A stretch of DNA of 64,000 nt, from the NCBI GenBank assembly GCA_965248535.1, contig CBDFJR010000002.1, positions 2,080,001-2,144,000 on the forward strand, given 5' to 3'. The position numbers and the translations under genes are program-made. How positions within the stretch are numbered: the stretch's first letter is position 1; each line of letters starts with the position of its first letter. Source of the stretch: Phormidesmis sp. (GTDB lineage Bacteria; Cyanobacteriota; Cyanobacteriia; Leptolyngbyales; Leptolyngbyaceae). This document shows, in pieces, positions 50,476 through 60,995 of this stretch. A model generated the notes under the pieces. The model was not told where the DNA came from. It searched no databases and saw only the letters and a list, made by a program, of their open reading frames with translations.

Positions 50476-50655
50476 GTGCAAACAGTTCAAAACGTGCGGT
50501 GTCCCAATTGCGGCAGTCACGCCGAGCGACACCAGCTAGAAAGCGATCGGCTCACTCGAACTCAGTGCCCTACCTGCGATTATTTGATGATCACTTGCTC
50601 TAAAACTGGCAGAGTCATTGAGGCTTATGCGCCTGGCATCTACGCCCACCGCTAG
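50476..50655 (+). CDS. 59-aa Zn-ribbon protein absent from the ORF track
   Basis: GAGG RBS, GTG start, MQTVQNVRCPNCGSHAER...TQCPTCDYLMITCSKTGRVIEAYAPGI. Confidence 0.8.
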   Translation: MQTVQNVRCPNCGSHAERHQLESDRLTRTQCPTCDYLMITCSKTGRVIEAYAPGIYAHR

Positions 50656-50732
50656 ACATCGCCTTAGGCTTGGGATGAAAGCCCTTCTTGAGTGTCTGAG
50701 GGTGACTGGCTAATTGATGCAGAAGAAGAAAC

Positions 50733-51788
50733 TTAAACGATCGCCGCCTGAGATGCTCGCAACTGACCACAGGCCGCATCTGCCTCTAGCCCCCGTGGGC
50801 GACGCACACTCACCGCGATATGCCGCTCCTTTAGCGCGTTGACAAACGCTTGAATGCGACGCGGGTCTGGCTTTTGATAATCGACCTCACTGATCGGATT
50901 GTAAGGAATCAAATTCACATGACATTGAAACCCGCGCAGAAGCTCAGAAAGCTCGATCGCGTGCTCGACACAATCATTTAACTCGGCTAGCAAAACATAT
51001 TCAAAAGACACTCGTCGCCCCGTGATCTTGACATATTCGCGACATTCACTGAGCAGCGCTTCTAGAGGATATTGACGAGCACTCGGAATCAACCGAGTCC
51101 GTAGGGCTTGGTTTGAAGCGTGAAGGCTGACAGCCAGGGTTGCTTGAAGCTGCTCTTCGGCCAAACGGAGAATTTTCCCCGGAATCCCGACGGTAGAAAT
51201 CGTGATCAACCGCTGCCCAATGCCCACATCTTCATTCAGCGATCGCACCGCCCCTAAAACGTGATCAGCATTCAAGAGCGGTTCGCCCATGCCCATAAAC
51301 ACGACATTGCTCACGCGCTGCTGAAAGACTTCTTGCACCGTCAGCACCTGATCAACGATCTCGTGGCGCTCTAGATTGCGCTTAAACCCACCCTTGCCCG
51401 TCGCGCAAAAATCGCACCCCATCGGGCAGCCCACCTGAGACGATACGCAGACCGTCAACCGCTTCTCAGTAGGAATGCCCACGGTTTCGACAATCTGACC
51501 ATCTGAGAGCTTTAAGAGAAACTTGATCGTGCCGTCGATTGAAGGCGCTTGAACGTGAATCTGCGATCGCCCGATCGCATAATCAGCCAGATTTTCACGC
51601 CAAGCTTTAGGAAACACGGACACATCACTCAGCGATCGGGCCCCCTTCTCATAGATCCACTGGTGCAGTTGCTTGCCCCGATAAGCGGGCTGCTGCTGCT
51701 GCTTAACCCACTCAGTCAAGTCAGTCAGGGATGCCCCCACAAGCGGCGGGTGCTGGACACGATCGACGGGTTCTAACTGCTGAATCAC
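50733..51788 (-). CDS. rlmN: 23S rRNA m2A2503 methyltransferase
   Basis: [28 protein letters not shown]. Confidence 0.96.
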   Translation of the reverse strand: MIQQLEPVDRVQHPPLVGASLTDLTEWVKQQQQPAYRGKQLHQWIYEKGARSLSDVSVFPKAWRENLADYAIGRSQIHVQAPSIDGTIKFLLKLSDGQIVETVGIPTEKRLTVCVSSQVGCPMGCDFCATGKGGFKRNLERHEIVDQVLTVQEVFQQRVSNVVFMGMGEPLLNADHVLGAVRSLNEDVGIGQRLITISTVGIPGKILRLAEEQLQATLAVSLHASNQALRTRLIPSARQYPLEALLSECREYVKITGRRVSFEYVLLAELNDCVEHAIELSELLRGFQCHVNLIPYNPISEVDYQKPDPRRIQAFVNALKERHIAVSVRRPRGLEADAACGQLRASQAAIV

Positions 51789-52216
51789 GGTAAGAAGGGG
51801 GTAAATAATCTCTGATAGCTCTCTCAGATTTCTATCTTAAAGGGTCTTGGGCTAACCAGAGTTTTGCCCCAGCAAACTTAACTCTTTAAAGAATTAGCCC
51901 TCTGTTCTCCTAGTGTGTGGCATAATCAGCACCCTCATTAGAAATGCTGACTCACTAAGGTTGATTACGTAGGTAAACACTGAGTATAAACTGCCAGATT
52001 TGTTGAATCCACTGAGCAAGAATCCGTAGAATCCCGGCTTCTTTCACAGCGAACCTAGTAGAAACTTTATAGCAAGTCAAACTTAAGACCATGAGCAAAC
52101 TTGATAGGTCTAAGTCAGGGTGCCTCTTGATGTAGTACGGCTCCATTGCTTTCCTCAATCTCTCAAAACAGATTTTGCTTTGATTCCGTCAGTTAGTCCT
52201 TGATTAACCCGTCATA

Positions 52217-53794
52217 ATGCTGAAACAAGATAGTCTGCTTCACGATCAATTTCTCCGGATTGGCACTGTCGAAATCAGTCTCAGTCAGTCAGAAGAGCTT
52301 TTTCGCGCCTATGTAGAAACCGCTAATGACATGGTGTATACCGTGGATCTAGCAGGAGTCATGACCTACATCAACTCCTATGGGCAAAAGCTCTTAGGCT
52401 GCAAGGAAGAAGAGATTTTAGGACGGTCTTGCCTAGATTTTGTAGCCCCTGCCTACCGAGAAAGAACGGCTCAAGCGTTTAACAACCTGATCAAAACGGG
52501 AGAGCTGAGAGACTTTGACTTTGTGATGCAGCCGCGCACAGGTGCAGAAATTCACCTAGAAGTGAACGGTAAATTGCTCTATCGCAAAGGTGAACTCGTC
52601 GGCGGCATGGGCATCGGGCGCGATATCAGTGAGCGCAAACGCATCGAAAAGCAGTTGCAAATGTTTTCGAGAGCGGTGGAATCGGCCTATGACGCTGCGG
52701 TGATCACTGACTTAAGGGGCGAAGTTCTCTATGCTAATCCCGCCGCTGGCCGAATTTTTAGCTGGCAGTCAGGGGTTTTGCAGGGTAAAAATGCCGATAT
52801 CTTCTACCCAGAGCGGCGACAAACTCAGTGGCTGGTGCAGCAAGCGATCGCAGGGGGCTGGAGCGGAGAAGTAGTTTGCAGCCGTCGCAATGGAGAGCGG
52901 TTTCCGGCCCTTGTCTCAGTTGGGCCGATCTATGACGAAAAGACCAATCCTATTGCGGTGTCACTGATCACGCGAGACATCACCCAGCAAAAGCAAATTG
53001 AGGCAGAGTTAGCTTCTAAAAATATTGAGCTAGAGCGGGCTAGTCGCTTGAAGTCAGAGTTTTTAGCCAATATGTCTCACGAGTTGAGAACGCCGCTCAC
53101 CGCGATTTTAGGATTCTCATCGATTTTAAAACAGCAGATCTTTGGGGCGCTAAATTCTAAGCAACAACTCTATGTGCATCAAATTAATCAGAGCGGGCAG
53201 CATTTGCTGGGGTTGATCAACGATGTGTTAGACCTGTCAAAAGTTGAAGCGGGACAGATGCGGCTAGAGATCAGCCCGATCGCGGTCAACGAGCTATGTG
53301 AAGATGCCTTGGCCTTGGTGAGTGAGCAAGCTGAAGCCCGCAAAATCAAAATTCATCACACGGTGCAGCCCCACTTGCCCTATTTGATGGCAGACGAGCT
53401 AAGAGTGCGTCAAATGCTGCTCAACCTGCTGGCAAACGCCATTAAGTTTTCAGAAGAAGAGGGCGAGATTGGGCTAGATGTCACTATGCAGGCTGAAGAA
53501 GTGCACATAACCATTTGGGATCAGGGCATCGGCATTCCTGAAGATAAGCAGCATCTTTTATTCAAGCCGTTTCAGCAGATTGATGGGTCGCTCTCTCGCC
53601 GTCACGAAGGCACGGGCTTGGGGCTAGCCTTGACTCGCCGCCTGGCCGAGCTTCACTCTGGCACCGTCGAGGTAAAATCTTGCGAAGGGGAGGGCAGCCA
53701 GTTTGTGATTCGCCTACCTTTTAACGCCAGCCTAGCTAGCGACGCGGGAGGATATGATATGCCCCAAGGCTCGATCGCGCCTCACATTAAGTAA
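52217..53794 (+). CDS. PAS-PAS histidine kinase (no regulator adjacent)
   Basis: Two PAS/PAC domains, SHELRTPL, NAIKF, DQGIG, GTGLGL. Confidence 0.94.
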   Translation: MLKQDSLLHDQFLRIGTVEISLSQSEELFRAYVETANDMVYTVDLAGVMTYINSYGQKLLGCKEEEILGRSCLDFVAPAYRERTAQAFNNLIKTGELRDFDFVMQPRTGAEIHLEVNGKLLYRKGELVGGMGIGRDISERKRIEKQLQMFSRAVESAYDAAVITDLRGEVLYANPAAGRIFSWQSGVLQGKNADIFYPERRQTQWLVQQAIAGGWSGEVVCSRRNGERFPALVSVGPIYDEKTNPIAVSLITRDITQQKQIEAELASKNIELERASRLKSEFLANMSHELRTPLTAILGFSSILKQQIFGALNSKQQLYVHQINQSGQHLLGLINDVLDLSKVEAGQMRLEISPIAVNELCEDALALVSEQAEARKIKIHHTVQPHLPYLMADELRVRQMLLNLLANAIKFSEEEGEIGLDVTMQAEEVHITIWDQGIGIPEDKQHLLFKPFQQIDGSLSRRHEGTGLGLALTRRLAELHSGTVEVKSCEGEGSQFVIRLPFNASLASDAGGYDMPQGSIAPHIK

Positions 53795-53852
53795 GGGATC
53801 AGCGCGATCGCCAGCATCAGTCCTCTAGGGTGACCCAAAACTGGCCCATTAA

Positions 53853-54050
53853 CCCTAGTAGTTCACCCATTCAACGTTGACTAGTACTGATCTTTGGCGA
53901 TGAGGCGATAGTCTTGGGCTTCCGACCCTTGGGGGCGTGCCCCCAAACCCCCATTGGGGGACGGTTGCCTCCCCCAAACCCCCTGCAAACAAACTCTTGG
54001 CTAGGTCGTTCGACATGACTCCTCAGAGTTAGTTTGGCAGACTGCTAGGG
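53853..54050 (+). mobile_element. MITE-like element, copy 2, apparently with both ends
   Basis: Inverted ends CCCTAGTAGT / ACTGCTAGGG; interior 53896-54046 matches 46405-46555. Confidence 0.7.
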
Positions 54051-54140
54051 GAATGGCCCCATCAGGGGTGATCGTTATTTATGAGGATGGCGCAAAGTGG
54101 TATCGTTTGGATGCTCGATATGAACATCTTTTGAGTCTTC

Positions 54141-55037
54141 ATGCTCTTTGATCCTGCTATTTTGGCGTTTCAATTTACGTCTCCTGGGCCGATCTTGGTC
54201 GAGTGGGGCCCGATCGTAATCCGGTGGTATGGGCTGCTCATCGCCTCTGCGGTTTTAATGGGGGCAACCCTCTCTCAGTCTCTGGCGGCGCGGCGACACG
54301 TTGACCCTGATCTGTTGAGTGATTTGGCTGTCTGGCTGGTGATTGCCGCCATTCCTAGCGCTCGGCTTTATTATGTGTTGTTTCAGTGGCAAGACTATGC
54401 CCAGCAGCCTCAAAAGATTATTGCCATCTGGGAAGGGGGGATCGCGATTCATGGAGCCATTTTAGGCGGTGTAATTGCGGCGCTAGTTTTTGCCAGATTG
54501 AAGCGAATTTCATTTTGGCAGTTGGCTGATCTGGTGGCCCCGTCACTGATTTTGGGTCAAGCGATCGGGCGATGGGGCAATTTCTTTAATTCTGAAGCGT
54601 TTGGCGCACCGACTGATCTGCCCTGGAAGCTGTTTATTCCTCGCTATGTGGTCGAGGGCGGACGACAGATTGCCCGTCGCCCGGCAGGATTTGAGAACGT
54701 TGAGTATTATCACCCTACGTTTCTCTACGAGTCGCTGTGGAATTTAATGGTGTTTGGGTTGTTGATGACGCTGTTTTTTAAAGATCTGCGAGGCAACCCG
54801 CGTCTCAAGGTCGGCACGGTGTTTTTGGTTTATCTAGTGAGCTACAGTTTAGGCCGCGTCTGGATTGAGGGTCTTCGCACCGATAGCTTGATGTTGGGGC
54901 CGCTGCGGGCGGCGCAACTAGTGAGTTTAGCGGGCATCACTATTGGCACGATCGGGCTAATTTGGCTCTATGGCTTGCGGCGATCGCTCCCTGATGTCGT
55001 GTCTCCTAACGCTGCCCCTTCAGAGCCGTTGGGCTAA
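54141..55037 (+). CDS. lgt: Prolipoprotein diacylglyceryl transferase
   Basis: [32 protein letters not shown]. Confidence 0.96.
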   Translation: MLFDPAILAFQFTSPGPILVEWGPIVIRWYGLLIASAVLMGATLSQSLAARRHVDPDLLSDLAVWLVIAAIPSARLYYVLFQWQDYAQQPQKIIAIWEGGIAIHGAILGGVIAALVFARLKRISFWQLADLVAPSLILGQAIGRWGNFFNSEAFGAPTDLPWKLFIPRYVVEGGRQIARRPAGFENVEYYHPTFLYESLWNLMVFGLLMTLFFKDLRGNPRLKVGTVFLVYLVSYSLGRVWIEGLRTDSLMLGPLRAAQLVSLAGITIGTIGLIWLYGLRRSLPDVVSPNAAPSEPLG

Positions 55038-55041
55038 AAAT

Positions 55042-55150
55042 AAAAAACCCCCAGAGGGTTACTCCGGGGGTAGTCAGGGTGCATCTACCATACCCCTTTA
55101 CTCAGATTCTCTGCATAAATCCGGAAGAACTGATGTTATAAAAAACTAGT
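55042..55150 (-). ncRNA. Probable PsrR1 (SyR1)-like small RNA
   Basis: Minus strand CATCAGTTCTTCC...GGTATGGTAGATGCACCCTGA, then a CCCCC/GGGGG terminator with T-run; CACAAT -10-like box upstream; family assignment from memory. Confidence 0.55.
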
Positions 55151-55187
55151 TTATTGTGAGCCAGTTCAGTATTTGTGACGAGAAGCC

Positions 55188-56051
55188 ATGCTAAATGCGT
55201 CAGACCCGCCCTGCCTAAAGTCGGCGCTGCCTCTGGCAGCCGGAGTCTATATTGTGGGCGCGGGGCCTGGAGATCCCGATCTGCTAACGGTTAGGGCGCA
55301 GAAGCTCATTGCCCAAGCCGATGTGATTTTGTTTGCTGACTCCCTGATTCCGCCGCAGATTTTAGACGTAGCCCGATCGCAGGCCGAGATCGTTCAAACT
55401 GCCAGCAAAACCCTAGAGGAAATTCTGCCCTTGATGATTGCCCGCGTGCGATCGGGCTGCTCGGTAGTGCGGCTCCACTCTGGCGACCCCAGCCTATATA
55501 GTGCGGTGCAGGAGCAAATGCAAGCTCTCATGAAGGCTGAGATCCCGTTTGAGGTGGTGCCCGGCATCAGTGCTTATCAGCTAGCGGCGGCTCGGCTGCG
55601 GGTCGAACTCACCCTACCCGGCGTGGTGCAGTCGATTATTTTGACTCGGATTAGTGGACGCACCGACGTGCCGATCGCAGAAGAACTCTCAACGCTGGCG
55701 GCTCATCGAGCTAGCTTGTGCCTTTATCTGAGCGCCCGTCACGTCGAAACGGCTCAGGCAAAATTAATGCAGCACTATCCGGCTGAGACTCCGGTGGCGA
55801 TCTGCTTTCGGCTGGGCTGGGCCGATGAAACGATTCGGCTGGTGCGGCTGGATCGGATGGCGATCGTCACCCACGAGCAAGATCTGATCAGAACGACGCT
55901 ATATGTGATCAGCCCGGCGCTGGCGGCAGAAACCGTTCCCCCGGAGTTTGGGGTTGTTGAGCAACGCGAGAAATGGGGAGATCAGCGATCGCGCCTTTAC
56001 CATCCCGACCATAGCCGCCTATTTCGAGAAAACGGGGAGGCACGATCGTAG
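55188..56051 (+). CDS. cobM: Precorrin-4 C11-methyltransferase
   Basis: VGAGPGDPDLLT, RLHSGDPSLY, VVPGISA, SRLYHPDHS. Confidence 0.93.
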   Translation: MLNASDPPCLKSALPLAAGVYIVGAGPGDPDLLTVRAQKLIAQADVILFADSLIPPQILDVARSQAEIVQTASKTLEEILPLMIARVRSGCSVVRLHSGDPSLYSAVQEQMQALMKAEIPFEVVPGISAYQLAAARLRVELTLPGVVQSIILTRISGRTDVPIAEELSTLAAHRASLCLYLSARHVETAQAKLMQHYPAETPVAICFRLGWADETIRLVRLDRMAIVTHEQDLIRTTLYVISPALAAETVPPEFGVVEQREKWGDQRSRLYHPDHSRLFRENGEARS

Positions 56052-56060
56052 CTACCCACC

Positions 56061-56092
56061 AGATCTCCGATTTCTTAAGAAATCGGAGATCT
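56061..56092. repeat. Perfect 32-bp palindrome between convergent genes
   Basis: AGATCTCCGATTTCTTAAGAAATCGGAGATCT. Confidence 0.8.
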
Positions 56093-56095
56093 TCG

Positions 56096-57154
56096 CTAGG
56101 GATAAAAACTCAGCTTTGGCAAGCCCAAGGTTTCTTCCCAGCCCATCATCAGATTGAGACATTGAATGGCTTGCCCTGCCTGACCCTTCATCAGGTTATC
56201 GATCGCAGACATCACGATCACTCGATTAGTGCGCGGATCGACTTCGACCCCGATATAGCAAAGATTGGTTCCCCAAGCCCACTTGGTCTGCGGATACACT
56301 CCTCCCGGCAGCAGCTTCACCCACGGAGAGTTGCGATAAAAAGCATTGTAAATGGTCAGCAGATCTTCTCTGACGAGTCCGGGATCGCGCAGCGTTGCGT
56401 AAACGGTCGCCAAGATGCCCCGCACCATTGGGATCAGGTGAGGCGTAAACTGCACTAAGACTTCGTGCCCTGCTAAGTCGGTGCAAATCTGCTCAATTTC
56501 AGGCGTGTGACGATGCCCCGCGACGCTATAAGCCCCCAGCGAGTTGTCTGCCTCAGCCAGCAATAGACCTGTTTTGGGCTGCCGTCCGCCGCCAGAGGTG
56601 CCAGATTTTGCGTCTACGATCGCCGTTTCGGGCAGCACCAAGCCTTGCTTAAATAGCGGCGACAGCGCCATCAAACTCGCCGTCGGATAGCACCCCGGAC
56701 ACCCCACCAACTGCGCGTTGGCAATGCGATCGCGATATAGCTCCGGCAGACCATAAACGGCAGTCTCCGCCACGTCACGATCGTCTCGCTCCAGCCCATA
56801 CCAATGGGTGTAGGTGTCAAGGTCAGAAAATCGGTAGTCTGCTGACAGATCCAAGACTTTGCAGCCTTTTTCTAACAGCGTCGGAGCCATCTTGCAGGCC
56901 AACCCATTGGGCAGCGAGAGAAACACAGCCTGACAGCGATCGGCAATCTTTTCAAGATCGATTGGCTCGATCATTTGATGCACCTGATGCCCCAAATGCG
57001 GATAAAGGCTCGAAAAGTCTTGCCCTGCGCTGCTGTCGCCGCCCAAATAGGCAAGCTTTAACTTGGGATGGTCAGTCAAAAGTCGGACTAACTGCACCCC
57101 TCCATAGCCCGATGCGCCGACGATACCAACGGGTACACGCTCTAAGTCACCCAT
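56096..57154 (-). CDS. argC: N-acetyl-gamma-glutamyl-phosphate reductase
   Basis: [31 protein letters not shown]. Confidence 0.96.
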   Translation of the reverse strand: MGDLERVPVGIVGASGYGGVQLVRLLTDHPKLKLAYLGGDSSAGQDFSSLYPHLGHQVHQMIEPIDLEKIADRCQAVFLSLPNGLACKMAPTLLEKGCKVLDLSADYRFSDLDTYTHWYGLERDDRDVAETAVYGLPELYRDRIANAQLVGCPGCYPTASLMALSPLFKQGLVLPETAIVDAKSGTSGGGRQPKTGLLLAEADNSLGAYSVAGHRHTPEIEQICTDLAGHEVLVQFTPHLIPMVRGILATVYATLRDPGLVREDLLTIYNAFYRNSPWVKLLPGGVYPQTKWAWGTNLCYIGVEVDPRTNRVIVMSAIDNLMKGQAGQAIQCLNLMMGWEETLGLPKLSFYP

Positions 57155-57622
57155 GTTTCTTGACCTTTACGACAGATGGACTGCTAATCTTCTGCTGCAT
57201 TGTAATCTTCAAATTGTCAAAGTAGAAAACGACTTGAGGATTCTCTAATTCAGCGATCGTCTCTCACTCTAGCGTTAGTCTGAGCTTAACTTTGGCTTCA
57301 TAGGATACGGAGAAACGATTGTTATCCTGAAACCAGATCACAGACAGCGTAATTATTACTTAATTCCTGGAATTTTGGAGCAGAGGAATTTAGAATGCTT
57401 AATTATGAAGAGTAACTTCATAAGACTGTACTCTCACCCTCTAACTCTGCATCTACCTAGTTGATTCTCTCAGCGCCAGAAATCAGTGATTTCTCGGTTG
57501 CTCTCTTCGGTTCAAGCTTTCTGCGTCTATAGAAACCGTTCTCAGGCTCAGTACGCTTCTGAAGTCAGAAGAATTACAATTAAAGATAAAACCGCTTCAA
57601 AAAACTTTACGGTGTTACCGCT

Positions 57623-59311
57623 TTGAACCTCTCTGTCAACGCTCAACCCCTTTCTAACCAACCGTTTCCTTTTGATTTGATTGAGGATGCTCTCGCGGAT
57701 CTGAAGGCAGGGAAAGCGATCGTCGTCGTCGATGATGAAAACCGAGAAAACGAGGGAGACGTGATCTGTGCAGCCCAATTTGCGACTCCAGACATGATCA
57801 ACTTCATGGCAGTCTATGCGCGGGGTCTAATCTGTCTAGCCATGACGGGCACTCGTCTAGATGAACTAGATGTGCCACTCATGGTGCGAGAAAATACTGA
57901 CAGTAATCAAACAGCCTTTACGGTTAGTATTGATGCTTCTCCCAGAGTCGGAGTCACGACAGGGATCTCTGCCGAAGATCGCGCCCGCACGATTCAGGTA
58001 GCTCTCGATCCAGACACTCAACCTGCGGATCTTCGCCGTCCGGGTCATATATTTCCGATTCGAGCCAGAGAAGGCGGCGTTTTAAAACGTGCGGGTCACA
58101 CCGAAGCTGCCGTCGATCTGTCTCGCCTTGCGGGGCTTTATCCGGCTGGGGTGATCTGTGAAATTCAAAACGCCGATGGCTCAATGGCACGACTGCCTGA
58201 GCTTTTAAAGTACGCTAAGATGCACGATCTAAAGATCATCAGCATTGCAGATCTGATTAGCTATCGGCTGCGACACGAGCGCTTTGTGTGCCGCGAAACC
58301 ATCGCTGACCTGCCCTCCCAGTTTGGGCAATTCAAAATTTACGCTTATCGCAATCTGCTCGATAACTCTGAGCATGTGGCGATCGTCAAAGGTGAGCCGA
58401 CAGAGTTTGGCGATCGCCCGGTGATGGTGCGGGTGCATTCAGAATGTCTGACGGGCGATGCTCTCGGTTCGCTGCGCTGTGATTGCCGGATGCAGCTACA
58501 AGCTGCCCTAAAAATGATCGAAAATGCGGGAATGGGCATTGTGGTCTATCTGCGGCAAGAAGGGCGAGGCATTGGGTTAGTCAACAAGCTCAAAGCCTAT
58601 TCGCTGCAAGATTTAGGACTGGATACCGTCGAGGCCAATGAGCGGTTGGGCTTTCCGGCTGATCTGCGAGATTATGGCGTTGGAGCGCAGATTCTCAATG
58701 ATTTAGGCGTTAAGCAAATTCGTCTGATCACCAACAATCCCCGTAAGATTGCGGGACTGAAGGGCTATGGACTAGAGATGGTGGATCGGGTGCCGCTGTT
58801 GATCGAAGCCACGTCCTACAACTCGTCTTATCTGGCGACCAAAGCCGAGAAGATGGGTCACTTGTTTTTGCAAACCTATCTGGTGACGATCGCGCTGCAC
58901 TTTGAGCACGATGAGTCAGTGACCGAACGCTATGAGCGCCTCGAAAAGCTGCGGCATCTGGCGAAGGTTTATGATTTGACGCTGCAAGAAGAAGCGCGAC
59001 CCGTGGCATCGGCGCTGTTTGGTGAGCGATCGCTGATCGTGCACCTGGGGTTTGAGCAAGCTTTGGTCAGCGATGCCGATTGGTATCGATCGCCTGATCA
59101 CCCCTATATTGCGGCGATCGGGCAAATTCTCGACAATGTGACCTGTTGGTCGTCGGTGCAAACGCTGGAGTTTATTATTTCTCCGGGGTCTGACCCGTTA
59201 GTTGGGTTGCAGGTGCAGCTTGATCGACAGACCTTTGAGAGCGAGCAATTGCCCTCCTCGATCTTTGACGCGCTAGAGACTCAAACGATTTATAGTTTTT
59301 CTAGAGATTAA
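57623..59311 (+). CDS. ribBA: Bifunctional DHBP synthase / GTP cyclohydrolase II
   Basis: [41 protein letters not shown]-terminal extension. Confidence 0.96.
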   Translation: MNLSVNAQPLSNQPFPFDLIEDALADLKAGKAIVVVDDENRENEGDVICAAQFATPDMINFMAVYARGLICLAMTGTRLDELDVPLMVRENTDSNQTAFTVSIDASPRVGVTTGISAEDRARTIQVALDPDTQPADLRRPGHIFPIRAREGGVLKRAGHTEAAVDLSRLAGLYPAGVICEIQNADGSMARLPELLKYAKMHDLKIISIADLISYRLRHERFVCRETIADLPSQFGQFKIYAYRNLLDNSEHVAIVKGEPTEFGDRPVMVRVHSECLTGDALGSLRCDCRMQLQAALKMIENAGMGIVVYLRQEGRGIGLVNKLKAYSLQDLGLDTVEANERLGFPADLRDYGVGAQILNDLGVKQIRLITNNPRKIAGLKGYGLEMVDRVPLLIEATSYNSSYLATKAEKMGHLFLQTYLVTIALHFEHDESVTERYERLEKLRHLAKVYDLTLQEEARPVASALFGERSLIVHLGFEQALVSDADWYRSPDHPYIAAIGQILDNVTCWSSVQTLEFIISPGSDPLVGLQVQLDRQTFESEQLPSSIFDALETQTIYSFSRD

Positions 59312-59403
59312 AGCCAGTTCACTCTAGGGATCTCTGCCTGCTAACCGATGTGACGACCCAGTCCGATGGGTGACTCTAGTCGGGTAGGTTTTGTGCAGCC
59401 ATC

Positions 59404-60132
59404 ATGCGGGCCAAAAAGTCGCTCACGGTCACCCCAGAGATTCAGCAAAAATTGATTCAGATCCACGATCGGCTTTGTCAGGCTTACGGGTGTCCGATTC
59501 CCTACTTTCACGAGCTAGACCCTCTGAGTGAACTGGTTTCAGCGTTGCTGTCTCACCGCACTCGCAATGCCGATTCTGCCAACGCATTTCATGAACTGCG
59601 GCGACAGTTTCCCACTTGGGAGCTAGTGCGCGATGCTCCTGTTGCCGAAGTTGAACAGGCGATCGCTCGCTGCACTTGGGCAGAGCAAAAAGCTCCGCGC
59701 ATTCAACAGATTTTGAAACTGATCGGCGATCGTCGGGATGGAGATCTCTCGCTAGACTTTCTCAAAGACCTTTCTGTTGCAGATGCCAGAGCGTGGCTCG
59801 AATCGCTGTCGGGAGTCGGGCCTAAAACCAGTGCTGCGGTGCTGTCGTTTAGTGTGCTGCGTCGTCGCGCTTTGCCCGTTGACAGTCATCATCACCGAGT
59901 TGCAATTCGATTGGGGTTGATTGGTAGCACGATCGCGGTTGCCCCTGCCCACGCCATTTTAGAAGCTCAGTTGCCTCTAGACTGGACAGCCCAGCAAGTC
60001 TATGACAATCACGAAGTCTTAATGCTGCACGGTCAGCGCTGCTGCTATTACCAAAACCCTGCTTGTCAGCGCTGCCCGGTGCTTGACCTCTGCCCCTTTG
60101 GACAAGCTCGACACCCTCAGGGAGTTGCATGA
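59404..60132 (+). CDS. HhH-GPD / endonuclease III family DNA glycosylase
   Basis: LSGVGPKTS (HhH), PVDSH, C-terminal Fe-S motif CC...PACQRCPVLDLC. Confidence 0.88.
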   Translation: MRAKKSLTVTPEIQQKLIQIHDRLCQAYGCPIPYFHELDPLSELVSALLSHRTRNADSANAFHELRRQFPTWELVRDAPVAEVEQAIARCTWAEQKAPRIQQILKLIGDRRDGDLSLDFLKDLSVADARAWLESLSGVGPKTSAAVLSFSVLRRRALPVDSHHHRVAIRLGLIGSTIAVAPAHAILEAQLPLDWTAQQVYDNHEVLMLHGQRCCYYQNPACQRCPVLDLCPFGQARHPQGVA

Positions 60133-60195
60133 AAATGAAATCCCAATTTACAAGTTTTCGTCAGCTTTTGGAATTGAAGCGGGTACTTGATCGAT

Positions 60196-60388
60196 CCGTA
60201 ACTCCCTGAGCGCACAGAGCCTGAATTTCAAGCAGGATAATTTCCGAAATAGGGGAGTTATTCTGTGAAGATTCGGTGTAGAACCTAAAAAAAACAGGAG
60301 TTATCCGGTTTCCACACAGCATAATTTCCTTGTGGAGGGCATTTATCCTGTTTGTGAGGAGTTCAAACGGCAGAAATAGTAGTTATGC
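60196..60388 (+). other. Long imperfect hairpin ending in a GTTATGC core (atypical attC or attI-like site)
   Basis: CAAGCAGGATAA (60229) pairs with TTATCCTGTTTG (60343); GGGGAGTTATTCTGTG (60252) pairs with CACAGCATAATTTCCT (60315); core at 60382-60388. Confidence 0.45.
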
Positions 60389-60699
60389 CGCCAGCCCGAC
60401 AAGCAATCAGCCCGGTCTTTTAGAGTTGTCGTTCAACCGAATATCAACGGTATTGAGAACGGGTTGGTGAATGCGAAAGTCAACGGTTGAGACAGTGATC
60501 GCGCGGACTTATCGGTGTTGGCTTTAGCACAGATGTTTCGTTGAGATGGGGAAGTGACAGACCGCATAGGATTTCAATCCGTCCGCGAAGGCACAGTTCT
60601 TCGATTCTTGGCTATCCTAGCTTCGTCTTTTCACGTGACATTGGATAGGGCGAGAGTTGGGCTGGCGAAGTTGCGAGATCATTAGTTGAGTCAAGCAAC

Positions 60700-60787
60700 G
60701 CATAACAACCCGATTGGAGCGGACTGTTGCTCGATCTCAGTGAATTTGCAAAGATTACTCGCAGCCGCTCAATCGGGAACGTTATGC
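60700..60787 (+). other. attC-like site
   Basis: GCATAAC...GTTATGC; CCCGATTG[G]AGCGG[A]CTG pairs with CAGCCGCTCAATCGGG; 88 bp. Confidence 0.8.
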
Positions 60788-60995
60788 CGACCAAGTTGTC
60801 TGGGTGGGTGCAAGCGGAAGATTAATGGTAGGGTGCGATCGCTACGTATGAAGTTTTAGTGAAAGCCACGAATTCAGCTTCCTAGCTTTCTCCAAGCGAT
60901 AAGGCGGGTGTGCAGGGATCAAGCCAAATTCAGTTCTAAATTTCCTCGTCAAAAATGATGCTGACTATTGTTCGTAAAACTGCCCAGGTACTTGA

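Noticed and set aside
57155..57622. FMN riboswitch upstream of ribBA
   Set aside because: The conserved RFN motifs are not visible.
60612..60794. 60-aa minus-strand ORF
   Set aside because: It spans the attC hairpin, has a non-ATG start and no motif.
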